NCBI GenBank assembly: GCA_964187785.1
Contig: OZ076409.1
Span: forward strand, 81,284,001-81,348,000
Direction: 5' to 3'
Source of the DNA: Amphiscolops sp. MND2022
Taxonomy: Eukaryota
DNA length: 64,000 nt
Within the stretch, counting starts at the first letter, position 1, and every line of letters starts with the position of its first letter. The notes beneath the pieces are model-generated. The model was not told the origin of the DNA. It saw nothing but the letters and a program-made list of their open reading frames with translations, and made no database searches. Positions 22,309 through 34,502 of the stretch are shown here, piece by piece. A program made the position numbers and the translations under genes.

Positions 22309-25300
22309 CTACTCAAATTGTAGCCTAATTGTTGTGATAAACTCATTGAATAGTTTCAGAGACGTTGATTGAAAATGAACGCACATCTGGTTGCTGGACT
22401 CATCTGTGGAACTTATGGACCAGGATTGGACCTTGACTGGTTTGCAAACGGGTACAAGGACATCAATTGCAGAGACGTTGATTGGTTGCGGACCTTGACT
22501 GGTTTGCAAAAAGGCTACAGGCTCAACTCTATCCTGTTAGTTCGTTCCTTTTTCTATGTTTATACATGGTCTTCCGTAGAGGCGCAAGCTGCTTAGACAA
22601 TCCTTTTAAATCATTGGAACGCTTCAAGCAGAAGAGACTGAAAGAAATCTTCTGACAATTCGTGGCCTATCTTTAAACGCACAAGCCCTCGAGTCTATTT
22701 AAAAACTCCAAAACTTCCTACTGAGAAGTATAACTGAAAAAATGGTTATTTGGCGTGACGTGATCATCAACTCCATTTCCAAACATTGTCGCAGAAACGG
22801 TAACAGACCCTGTCAGACAAAGAACTTGTTGGACATTCTGTGTTCGTTCAAGAAGGGAATAGAAGCTATTCTTTACGTCCAACGGGCAAACTCACCAAAC
22901 ATCCTGCAAAAATTGAATAGCACGGGATTCTTATTCTGGACAAGAAGACGCGCCTCACGCTCACCCGGAAATAGAAAAACCCAAATTTCATTGCTGATCT
23001 CCAGAAAATACACCCAAATATCGGGACTGGCCGCAAGTTGCTACATACTATACTGAAGAACCAATACAACCTTAGAAATCTGATCCGCAAAAAACGATCT
23101 CTATCAAAAAACCGACCATCTCAGAGAAGAGGGAAGAAAACCCAAAAACGCCTGTTGAAAGTAAGCCAATCAAAACTGTCTATTTAGCTTAAGAGCCTCA
23201 GGGAATTTAGTCTCTCAGTTGGTACCTTCGTTAAATAGCCAAGCAATCAGTGACTGTAACAAAAAGAAAATCAACATAACAAGGATATGCATCAGTTGCC
23301 CTAATACTAATGGAAACGAGCTGGCAATTTTTTGCGACTCCTGTGAAAAATGGTGCCACGGCAACTGCATGCGACTCACAAAACAACGATTGGTGTGATA
23401 AACGAAACTGAAGGGGCAATGTGGTTCTGTAAACAATGCACAACGACAGTGAAAACGACAATCCAATCAGGGTTGCCAAACTTGCGTCTTGAACTCGAAA
23501 TATAACGTCATGACAATAAAAGACATGGTCGCAGATGGGGTTGCGCGAAGCGAAGCTTTAGCTTCCGAAACTTTGAAAGAATTGAAGGCATTCAGGAGGC
23601 TTGTACTGCATGCGAATCAACAGTTACTGGCCTGAAACCTTGATTGAGGTGACTAGAAAAATCCAACAACACAGCAATACACTAACGCAACACAAAACGC
23701 CTTACGCAGCCAAATAGTCATCCACGCTTTCCGAGCTTACGGAACAGAAAGCTTCGCAGTCCATCGAGCAGATACTTCCTGTGGAAAACTCAGACAGTAT
23801 GGATATCAAAAAGGCGTTCGCCAAACATTTCCCAAATAAAAAACTGATCCACGCTTTCTAGGAACAGTAGAGGAAAGATCCAACTGGACTTTGATGCCGC
23901 AGACACAGCGGCGGACATAATGCAAAATTGGAAACAAGATGCCATCCACGGATACAGATACTAGTGTTACAAACCCCAGAGGAAAACGCCGGCGAAAAGC
24001 TCCAATTTTAAGAGCAAACGACACAGGAATCAGAGGAGAGATGCTCGCGGAACAAACCTCAGAGCAACTCCACACAGACACTGAAAAAGTCACAATCAGA
24101 CGTTTCGTCAAAAAACCTGATAATGCAGAATGGTGACGGTAAAAGTTGACTTACAAGAAAGAACTATGTCAGAGACAGCATTAGTAAACGGCCTTTTTGT
24201 CAACCAGCTGTTTTTCAGACCTAGTGAATACATCGAGAAAACAAATATTGACCTGACTTTATGGTTCAAATGCCAGAAGTTTGGTCATATATCATCATCT
24301 TGCGAATTGGGTCAAAATTTTGGTAAATGCGCGGAAAAACATAATACCGATAGCTGTCACCAAATTGGAACAAAATTACAAATTTGTCAATTGTCTGGAA
24401 CAACCCTCTTCAGCATCAAAAAATGCCCGGCCCGCCTGAAGACTACGGAGACGTTGTATCAGAGCCGATTGGTACCTCTACCAAATCAATTACAAGACAA
24501 AATTGACAGACTAATCACCGAAAACAAATGGCCAGCATAATGCAAGTAAATATGGCAGGGTTAAGCACTCATAGCTCAACCGCGTTGTCTATTACCAGTA
24601 CCAAGGAAAGCCCCATGCAGATAGATCAACAAATGAGCACGGCAGAACTCTAGTGAACGCACTACACGACTCGTCCAGGGTGCTAAATGTCATCAACGAC
24701 GGACAACCTACTTCTGTGTCAGCCAACGGGGCAATGTTATCGACCTCTTTATCACGTCAGAGAGAATAACTGAATTTACAAACTTCATAATGGTAGACCA
24801 CGAGACAGAATTGTTCACTGGTGCTCCGAGGAGGGGACACCTTCACCTATGGCTGAACATGAAAGGAGAAGACACAAAAGAAAACAAACCTTAAAAAAAG
24901 ACCTCACGAACGCTAATTGGAAATAATTCTACGAGTGTGTAGAAAGCTTTTTAACCGAAAGGATAGATTTCAAGACAATGGACACCGCTTCTTCATGGTT
25001 GCTACTGAGAGAAGCGCTTCAAACTGCTTCAGAACAACCTATTCCAGTGAAGAAGGTCTGTTGCTTTTCGGAACCGTATTGGTGCGAAGAACTCAGTTCG
25101 AAAAGCCGAGAGCTCCTTAAGGCACGGAGAAACTACCGATACCGTACCTCGGCGCAAAGCTTCAAGCTTTTGTGAGAGAGTCAACAATTTTTCCAAAATA
25201 TGGTAAATGATAAAGCAAAAAAGTACTTCAAAAGGAGTTTTGGAAGAGTGTCAAAAAGCTTTTGACGGACAAGGTAGATGCTGGAGTTTCCCTGTTGTTG

Positions 25301-27432
25301 AAAGAGATCAAATTCGACTTTGCTGAAAAAGACAAAGCAGATATATTTCGTGAAACTTTTTTCACTGGAAAACATTTGAAGAAACTCAGCTTCAACGAAG
25401 AATTCAAGTTACACGTAGAAAATACATTACAACAAACCCTACATTCCAATAGACCCGAAATAGAAATTGACAGGTGGTATAACTGCGACTTCACTTTTGA
25501 AGAAATGGAATACATTTTGCGTTTTTTAAAAACATCGGGGAAGTCTCTCAATACCGACAACATCCATCCCAAAAATATCAAAAACGTAGGAACCCGATAT
25601 TGCAAACCGAGTCCTTCTTAACATTGCAAACCGAACTCTGAATGAAAATCACTGGCCGTGGAATCATTCAAAAGTGATATTGCCGAGGAAGCAACGTGAA
25701 ACAGACTATACAACACCATCAGTGTTTCAGCTGATAACAATCTTCAGCTTTATCGGAAAATTTGTGGAAAGATTATTGGATGCCCGGCTGAGAAGCTTCA
25801 AAAAATTCAACCTGATAGACGAAGAGCAGGAAGGCTTCCAGTCCTACAAGAGCACAGTAAAGTCGTTGTATAGGTTAAAATAGAATATCAAGAAGTGAGA
25901 ATCAGCAGAAAAAGTGGCGCCTTGATATCCGTCGACTACGAGAAGGCCTTCGATTCCGTATGGATCAATGAACTGCACCAAAAGCTTTATCAATTAGAAG
26001 TTAGAGGTAAATTCATTAAACTTATTCAAAGTATTTTGGAAAACCGACAACTTACCATAGAAATCTGTAATCTGAGAAGCCAATATTTTGAAGCCAAAGA
26101 TGGACTCCCACAAGATAGTGTGTTATCACCAATTCTGTTCATTTTTCTCGTTTCCGACATTTTCAAAAACCTCAACTGTAAGAAGTTCAAATTCGCTGAC
26201 GATGGAAACCTCCTAGTGAAAGGAGACACTGAAACTCAGGTCTATCTGAAGTGTCAAATTATTCTCAAACAAATGGAACGGTGGTGCAAAAATTGGAGGA
26301 TCGCGGTCAATGGTGACAAGACGTCAATATGCTACTTCAACATTGAGAACACGCACGCCCCGAAGTTTGTCCGCGAGGACTGCAGGGTCACCAGAAACAC
26401 AAAAATCCTGGGTTTGCTGTGGACAACAAACTGAATTTACAGCAGGTAGAAGGGGAAGTTGCTAAACAGCTGAACATATTCAAAAAGTTTGCGGCTCTAA
26501 ATGGGGTCTAAAGCAAGCAATGCTCAAAAAGCTCTACAAAACTCCAGTACTCCCCCGACTTCTTTACGCGGTCCCTGTGTGGGCCAGGAAACACGTTCAC
26601 ATACTTAGCCGATTCCAATAGACTGCGCTCAAACTTATCATAGGTACAAGCACGAAATTCGACCAGTTGGCAGCAGAAATACTGCTGCGGTCTCCCGCCT
26701 ATGCAGTTACAAATTGACATTGTCAGTATGAACTTTGGAATCAAGCTTTTTCTACAGCAGGACATATTGTGGAAACTGTATCGGAAATGTCAATGGCCAG
26801 ATATACAAAGTAATAAAAACCACATTGACGATTTTTTTTAAAGTCACAGGTGCAATAAATTGTTACACGGTGTCAACTCGCCACGAGTACCTGAAAAGTA
26901 GATGGAACAGAATTTTCAAGAAAGCGCTCACGACTACCCCACTGGATTGACCAATCACTCAAATTGAATCATAAGGGATTGATTATCCAAAAACGACAAG
27001 CAGACACATAGAAAAAACTACAATATCAACAAACTCCTTTTAAATTGCGCGGAACTGGTAGAATATGCGTACAAAATTTGGTGAACGGAGACTCCGCTCT
27101 GCTCTTGTTGAGTAGATACAGAATCAGTCCTGCACTACCTATTCTTTTGCCACCATTACGAGCAGTTTCGTGCGCCCGAACATACCACAGGAAATATCTA
27201 GTCACTTAGCTTGACCACGAACCTATTAGATTTCATCATAGATTCTGGACGTTTCGAAAGTATAACAAGAAAAAGAAAACTGCACTTTCAAGAGAGTACT
27301 TTACTACTGGAGACTTTCTGATTCTAGGACAAGCAGACCTTCAACTTTTACTTTATTTACACAGAACTGGTAATTATGTAATACACAAAACTAGATTAAC
27401 CCGCAATTTAGGGGTTGTGTAGATTCTATATA
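22309..27432 (+). mobile_element. Near full-length decayed non-LTR retrotransposon (LINE, APE-RT)
   Basis: ORF1 remnants: PHD finger CISC...CDSCEKWCHGNC...WFCKQC (~23288-23440) and CCHC knuckles (~24260-24430). ORF2 remnants: APE start MQVNMAGLS (~24540), RT motifs QEGF, DYEKAFDSV, GLPQDSVLSP and FADD (~26192), and a C-terminal Cys/His motif. Short (TA)n tail; tagatctt duplicated at 22301-08 and 27433-40; many stops and frameshifts. Confidence 0.88.
25674..26434 (+). pseudogene. LINE reverse transcriptase pseudogene
   Basis: RT motifs are split by an in-frame stop at 25881-83 and by frameshifts. Confidence 0.9.
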
Positions 27433-27879
27433 TAGATCTTATACTACCAAAATAAGGTGATTTCATACGTTATTCCACAAAAATAGTGATTTCAGACGTT
27501 ATTCCCAACAAATAGAGAATTTAGTCGCTAGTCGATCAAAAAACAATAAATTTCAGACTTAATTCCAGTTAAATAGTGTTTTTAGATCCTGTTCCATCAA
27601 ATATTTAAATCAGGACCATTTCCATTTTAAATTTTTGACAATCTTTCAAATCTGGACCATTTTCATGGTCCAGATTTACGCTAATCTAACCTAAAATCCA
27701 TAACTCAAAATTCTACCTACAAGCGGCTTGAGGAAACTCAAAGCCGAAAAGCGTCCTTAATGCTACCCGGACCCCTAAGGTAACCCTGTTTGGGATACAG
27801 GCCCGCATTCATTCAGGTCTTTAATACCGACGTTATTCAGAAAAGACACAAAATTGAACGAATGTTACTTTTGAACGAA

Positions 27880-28100
27880 CTTTTAGTCAATATTACACAT
27901 CGCATTTTTTGTATGTTTTTCACGGAAAAATGCAATTTTTGCAGAAAAGTTATTAGAAGCTTAAAAGAAATGTTCGACATTGTAACAAATTTGCAAACTT
28001 CGCGATTCTTTTACATGCTTGTAAGATTCTTGTAAAAAATGCAAAGTTGGCAAGAATTTCGGAAGAAATTTGCAAGATTTGTGATTCTTGTAACCTAGGG
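27880..28100. mobile_element. Right-end fragment of the CCC...GGG element family (as 8145-9085)
   Basis: gttggcaagaatttcggaagaa...gatttgtgat..tgtaacctaggg is near-identical to 9031-9085. Confidence 0.7.
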
Positions 28101-28175
28101 CTTTTTATTATTTTCTGTATCGTCTTTTACCTCTTTGTCTCAAGCCGGGGCCTGTGGTTTGGTTTTTGTTTTGTT

Positions 28176-30007
28176 TGTCGTAGTCATATTGGTTGAATAA
28201 GTCTTTTGTCAGATTATTTGAAACTTTTTCTATCGTACTAGGTTTCATCCGGAGTTTTTTAAGTTTTGTTGGTCCAAGTGGTCCCTAACGACAGTCATTT
28301 GTCCTACCACTGTAATTAGTTCGACCTTTGGTCCCGTTGCTTTAAACTTTTGGACTTAAATTAGTATGTTTAGTATGTAAATTAACTTAGATTACTGTTA
28401 TTAGACATGTAATATATACTAGTGGTAATGTAAACCAGAAAAGGATGATTGATGTTTGTTGGATTAATAACAAGTACTGTAATTAAGCTCTGTGCAATAA
28501 AGAAAACGCGTTCAAAGTGAAATTCACTTTGGTCAGTTTGACGCGCAGTACATTTTGATTATTATCCAATCATGTGATAGTTTTCATCATTCATTTAATC
28601 TGCTTGTTCAAAATGTAGTACATGTATTTAGTCAAACGGACTACCAGTCCGCAGTGCTGTAGTTGCTAACGAATATTTAGACGGAAGGACCACCGGTCCG
28701 CAATGACGTAATATTTACATAAGCGTACTGTGCAAACAAGCGTTGACCTTTCAAGCTACGCGCAACGTGACTTGAAAGGCAAGCCGCCTGTCAGTCCTTA
28801 TCTCATTCTCCCATTCACAGACCCTCAACCCAAACGATGCTATTTTTAGATATGATCTAATAATGACGCAATGTAGACGTCAGGACCTAGGGTCATTTTG
28901 ACCCAATTTAGTTGCTATTTTTAGTAACATGACCATTGAAATTATGCTTGTCATGCATCATTTAGTATAAATAGCTGATCCTCCTTGTCTAAAGGACACA
29001 ACTTTTGAATACGACGATAAAAACCAGAAATCACAAATTGTTGCTCATTAATCAATCTTTGTTATTGTTCTGTTCCTTTCATTTTTCTCAGTTCAAGTTT
29101 AATTAGTTGATAAAAGCTCAATATATTCTTTCCTGAGCAATAAATTCTTCAAATGCCTTCAACAAGAAAGCAAAAGGCTAAAGAGAAAAGGTTGAGACAA
29201 TCGGACGTGATGTCCGACTTAGAGAATGTTGATATGATGTTAGGAAATTACTCCAGAAATGAACTATATAGTCAATTAGGGGAAAGAGAAACTGAATTAG
29301 ATCTTGGGTCTGATGGCCCGCAAGCCGCGAACCCTATTAGTGAAGACTTCAGATCACTAATTAATAAAAATAGTAGGGAAAACAGTGAAATTACCATTGA
29401 GACTGCAAGACTGATAAATAATGAAATCACGTCCCAAGTGACCAGAAAACTGGATGAGATTAGGAGTGATTTAAATTCCCAAATTTTGGAAGTTATCAAC
29501 TCGGCAAATACTGAAAAGGTGTTTCCAAGCATTCAAAACGTACTAGGGGTTCAAAATCCTGAATCAGACGCAATTAGGGACTCACAGTCCGGTGGACTAA
29601 ACAGGAGCCCCGAAGATCGCTTTGGTCATATGGACCACCAGTCCCAAAGACTTAACGTGGGCCTTAGAGAACGTTCCAATAGTGTGGACCACTGGTCCGA
29701 TGGACTAAATAACAAAGGCCGAAGAGACCAATCTTGTCACACGTCCCACCGGTCCAGGGGACTAGAAAGAGACCATAGAGTCTGTTCAGGTCAGATGGAC
29801 CACCAGCCAATAGACTGAACAGCAACTCAGGGGAACAAAATGGTAAAGCGGACTACAGGTCTACCAGACTGAATAACAGTTCAGGAGCACAGTTAGGCCC
29901 ACAAGACCAACAAAATGGTGTGAATGCAGATACGAAGTTCAGCAGTCATAGAGGTTTGAATAGGGAGATCTCGACAGACTCCCAGACCTCAGACCTAGAT
30001 TGCGACA
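28176..30007 (+). mobile_element. Putative solo LTR (~1.83 kb) of a second family, containing an ORF
   Basis: TG...CA ends with imperfect inverted repeat tgtcgtagtc / gattgcgaca; flanks tgtt / tgta (imperfect 4-bp TSD). The internal ORF is homologous to a fragment at 50320-50413. Confidence 0.5.
29153..29818 (+). CDS. Repeat-encoded ORF (MPSTRKQKAK...), coiled-coil plus DHxSxGLN-like repeats; probable Gag N-terminus, interrupted
   Basis: 221-aa ATG ORF with a paralogous fragment on the minus strand at 50320-50413. The repeat pattern continues past the stop in another frame. Confidence 0.55.
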   Translation: MPSTRKQKAKEKRLRQSDVMSDLENVDMMLGNYSRNELYSQLGERETELDLGSDGPQAANPISEDFRSLINKNSRENSEITIETARLINNEITSQVTRKLDEIRSDLNSQILEVINSANTEKVFPSIQNVLGVQNPESDAIRDSQSGGLNRSPEDRFGHMDHQSQRLNVGLRERSNSVDHWSDGLNNKGRRDQSCHTSHRSRGLERDHRVCSGQMDHQPID

Positions 30008-31073
30008 TGTAACATCTTCCAGACATGGAAGCGAGACGCCTCCAGTGGCAATGAATTTAGTTTCAAGTAATCGATTGTGTTTTTGGATAAAAATTACTGA
30101 CTTAGCTCACTTTAAAACAGTAATTTGCTGAGTGCTACATGTTGTAAACTCAATGGAAAATCGTAGATGCACGAAACCAGACTATTCTAATCGAATTCGG
30201 AATTCTAATTGAATTCGAAATTAATGTTTACATTAATGTAAACACAAAAATTATACTTCTAGTGAAAAAAAGGCTGTTCAGCTGTACCAAAATTTGTTAA
30301 TAAACAACTTTTTATCGACTGTCTGTGGCCCCTGTTATCAAGGACCTCTAGCTACTTAGAATCGGAGTGCCATTTCTTATGCAACACTTTTAATTGAGAA
30401 AAGGAAACAGAAGTTTCTTTTGAATATCAAAAACCTCATCTAGCTTACATTTGAACTTTCGGAACTACGCAGCCATGTTCGATAACTCGTTTCATCAAAA
30501 TATCAAAGTATCTAATCAAAAAGAAATTTCAATGTCTTGAAGTAATGGAAACATTCTTGGCAACGACTTCCGATTTTTAAAAATGCTTTTAACAAGGCAG
30601 TCTCAAAGGAAACATTTCGACAGTTTAGTCCATTAAGCAGTGTTTAGTATCAGGAAACTTGGAATCAGAAAGGCGTCCGAACGTGAGCACTTATGGGAGA
30701 ACACATTCAAGTTTTTTTCCATTGGTTTCAAAACCTCATAACCGAAGTAACCTAAAAGATTCGAGCTGAGTCGAAATCTCGACCTGTGTGATTTTCTGCG
30801 TCTCTTGGAACAAAGTAACAATTTCCGCATTGATATCGACATACCTGTTTCTTTTTAAACAATCGCTTCATGGCCCGCATTGTTTTCTTCAAAAGTCGAT
30901 ATAGCTTGACCTGAAGTTATATGATGTATTAATGACATTATTTGCGACACGTCAGAACGGAGAGGGAGTTTTTCGACTATCCTTTTTTTTATTAATTTTG
31001 TCTTTAACCCGTTTGTTTCCTCACTGCTTTCCTGATTATTAGTTGACGCTCCGAATCAGTGTTCCGAAGACAG

Positions 31074-31795
31074 TGTAACGGCAACTGCCCATGTCAAAAT
31101 TTTCGAAGCAAAAATTCGTTCAAATCTGACGTGGCACTCAAACATGCTCCAGACGAAAGACCTGTCAAAAAAGCAGATCAGAAATCAGAAATCGCCCCCG
31201 CGAGAGAGGACAAAAAGAGAAGACGTAAAAAAACAGTCCCTAGAACACGGTGAAGTGCCCATCTTTGGTCTTTGGCGTTTACACTACATAGGTAACAGAA
31301 ACCGGTGTTCCAGATGCTCGCCTGAAGATCCTGCGGCGTCCTGTGCGGTGACGAGCGCTAGCGCTGGGAAGCCATGGTCAATTCGCTCCTGCTAAAAACT
31401 CAAACTTCTGATATTGTTGTGCTTATTGTGCTTTCCTTGTTGTAGTAGATTGATATGCTCGAGAGCTGCCCATTTACACCTATGGTTACTCCCTTTTGAT
31501 GTCGATTTTATCAGATTCTCCAATATTATGGCTCAACATCCTCCTGTTTTCAGCCCCCTTTTTTAAAGGCTAATTGAGCAGTGGTCTTGAGACATGCAAG
31601 ATGCCCGTTACTTTTAGCAGTTACAGACTAGGACCAGGCCAGAGAGTTTCCAACAAGACGGTTCCCCCACCTTGGGACTGGCTCCTTCGGAGGGAAAATG
31701 AGCTAGGACCGCGGAGATCTAGGTCCCAGATTATATTCGCTGTTCTAGTTCCTCCATTCTACGTTGCGGTTCAAGCGCCAGCGCTTATCGTTACA
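31074..31795 (+). repeat. 5' LTR
   Basis: TGTAAC...GTTACA; no difference from 49271-49992 seen by eye. Confidence 0.97.
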
Positions 31796-31810
31796 TAGAA
31801 CCTCATTTTT

Positions 31811-31827
31811 TGGCGACCACAGAGGGA
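31811..31827 (+). promoter_or_regulatory. Primer binding site, complementary to a tRNA-Arg 3' end
   Basis: TGGCGACCACAGAGGGA is the reverse complement of ...TCCCTCTGTGGTCG-CCA, which resembles metazoan tRNA-Arg(TCG). It lies 15 nt downstream of the LTR. Confidence 0.8.
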
Positions 31828-34502
31828 TCGTCTTGGGAAGCTTTCCCTAGCGGTTTTTAAAAGATCTGGCCCCCTGGTAATCAGCGCCAAGCCCGTTTTG
31901 ACTCTGAAGAAGGAGAGAGAAGCAGAGTTTTGCCCCTTTTTAGTCGTGTGACATTCTACTGGAACTGGGAGAGGCGTTGAACCAGAGAAAACCCGAAAAA
32001 ATCACGTTTTCAGGTGCGAAAATGGTATTTTTAGGTGTTTTGGAAGGAAATCGATATTTTTGTGTGATGTGTTGTGTGCCCATCAGCGGGTATCTTTTTG
32101 CAGGTGCTGAAGACCGTAGCACGTGGCTACGGGTGTTTAACAGGTTTTGCAAGCTATTTTCAGCCATTTTATGCCATGCAAGAGGGTGACTGGTGGATGG
32201 CTGACCATGAACCAGCGAGGCGAAGGGGGAGTCAAATTGTGTGTTGCCTACTTCCTACTCCCATTTCTCGTGGAGACGTCCTAGAGGTATGGTTTTTGGT
32301 GGACAGCAAGTGCAATTGCAGACGATGCTAATGGTCCAACCCGCGTGTCTCTATCTGGTCTGGATGTGGAGAAAAAGCGTGGTGAAGGTGCACCCCCTGT
32401 GACCGGACGCGTCGCTCAAATGGCTCATGGTCGGTGAAATTTTTGAAAATGCACCTTTTTCGACGGGGAATCGTTGGTGCAGGTCAGTAATGTTTTGTTG
32501 TAGATGTAACGACACCCTACGAAGTGCTTTTCTGTGAAAAAGATAGCACTTGCGTGAAAAAACCCTGATTTTGCGTTTTTTTTCGTGTTTTTCGTGGTTT
32601 TGAGCACTTGTGCTCAACGGAGCCAGGAAAACTTCGTGAAAAGTGTTGTAAAAAGCAGCTGCAAGGCTCGAGAAAGCTAGTACGAGGCACAGAAGGCCGT
32701 AATTTTGCCTTTGGTTGTGATAAAAGTGCCGGTCTAGCACCAGAAAATTGCAAAAAAGTGGAATTTTGACCAAAATGGCACCCAGAAACACAGGCGTACA
32801 CTGGTGTAGAAGTATGAAAAAGCAGTGTACGGTGTTTTGTCAAGCGTAGTAAACCCACAGGACACTAACTGTAACTTTTACAGCGGATTCAGGCAGCCTG
32901 GGGCTGACACGGTGCAAAAAACCGGTAATTTTAGGTGTTTTTAAGCATAGAAAGTGCATTGTCTGAAAGTCTTAAGTGTGAAGCTTAGTGGACCAGAGCG
33001 AGTTTGAACGCTCTTATTTTCCGTTCTAGCAACAAAAATAGCGCATTGTGGTGAAAACCGCGTGCAAAAACTCCCATTCAGTGCTGAGAAAAGTGGAAAA
33101 ACCTTGATTTTTAGTCAGTTTCAGGAGTGTCTGAGTACACAATTAAAACCCCTTGGGCACTCTGTCTTTTTGTTAGCTAGGAGCTTCCGCGCTCTCATTT
33201 TCTGTTTCTATAATAAAAATAACGCATTGTGGTGAAAACCGCGTGCAAAAACTCCCATTCAGTGCTGAGAAAAGTGGAAAAACGCACTGGACTTGATCAA
33301 TTTTCCACAAAACCGGACTGTCTCTGAGCTGGGGTCGGGTCATCGATTCCTGAACCCTAGCCAAAAAGTGGTTGCATTTTCGTAACCACCACAAAAAGTA
33401 ACGTTAGTGCCGAAAATTTGGTGGGCGTATCGTTCCCCAAAGTCGAGAAAAGCTCTCTGACGTTTTGACTCCAGAGAAGCTGAAAAAGCCGAAAAAATCC
33501 AAAACTGCAGGACTGTCAGTGCCTTATATCCAACGGGCACAACCAATTGAGGGTTTATCCCAGTGCTACGGCTAGTGGGGCGACGCGTTGGTCCCATTTT
33601 GCCCGCCGTATCACTTTCTGAGGTGATCCTCTTGGTCAATTTGTGAAAAAAGTCGTCAAAAACAGTGTTTTTTTGTGTACAACGTACATAGTGGGTCGAA
33701 ACCTCAAATAAGCGCTCGCGCTTCAATTCGACCTTATCAGTGGCATTGTAGGTGCCCACAGGCATAAACTACCAAGTTTGGTGCCGATTTGTGTGATACT
33801 TGTTGAGAAAATAGGAAAAACGTGGCACCCAAAAAGGCGTGCAAAAAGGCAGTTTTTTCTTAATTTTTCCAAGTAACCCGGGTACCTTAGCCAACGGGTG
33901 GGGCCATATTGTAGCCTACCATCGTAATCTGTGCTAGTTCCCACGTCGTTGCAGAGAATTTGAGCTTGCTAGCTTTTTTCAGTGGACCGCAATCTTGAAA
34001 AAGACGTGAAAAACAGTGTATTTCGGTACATAGTGGTACCGCACGTCTGTACCTAGGTGAAACTGTGTAGAAGCGGCGCAGCTCAAAACTGTGTTCGTTT
34101 TCGCAAACCTACGTGTACTTAAGATCTGCTGGTCAAGTTTGGGCTTGATACGACGCTTCCAGCGCACACACGAGCCTCTTGAGTGTTGTAGTGCAAATTT
34201 TGGAAAATCCAAAAAATCTTTGAAATTCTTCCTGTGAGTGACCGGAGACGCTTTGCCCTGAACCAGGTTGATTTTCTGGCCCAGTGTGCTTGTGGAAAAG
34301 CGCTGTGCAAATTTGAACAGCCTACGAGCCTTAAAACGTATTTCGAGAAATTTAGGACGTTGCGAAACAGTCAAATTTCTTAAGTCCACACCGAGACGAA
34401 CCTAGAGCTAGCAGCGACTCGACAAATCCCGTGTTTTTCGAGGCTTCTTTAAAGGCTACGTCCGAATCGTTGACGCCTGCCCTGCCATTGGCATTGTGTG
34501 TA

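Noticed and set aside
31059..31798. Short ORFs in the LTRs (also 49107-49998)
   Set aside because: Short, without recognisable motifs, and duplicated only because the LTRs are.
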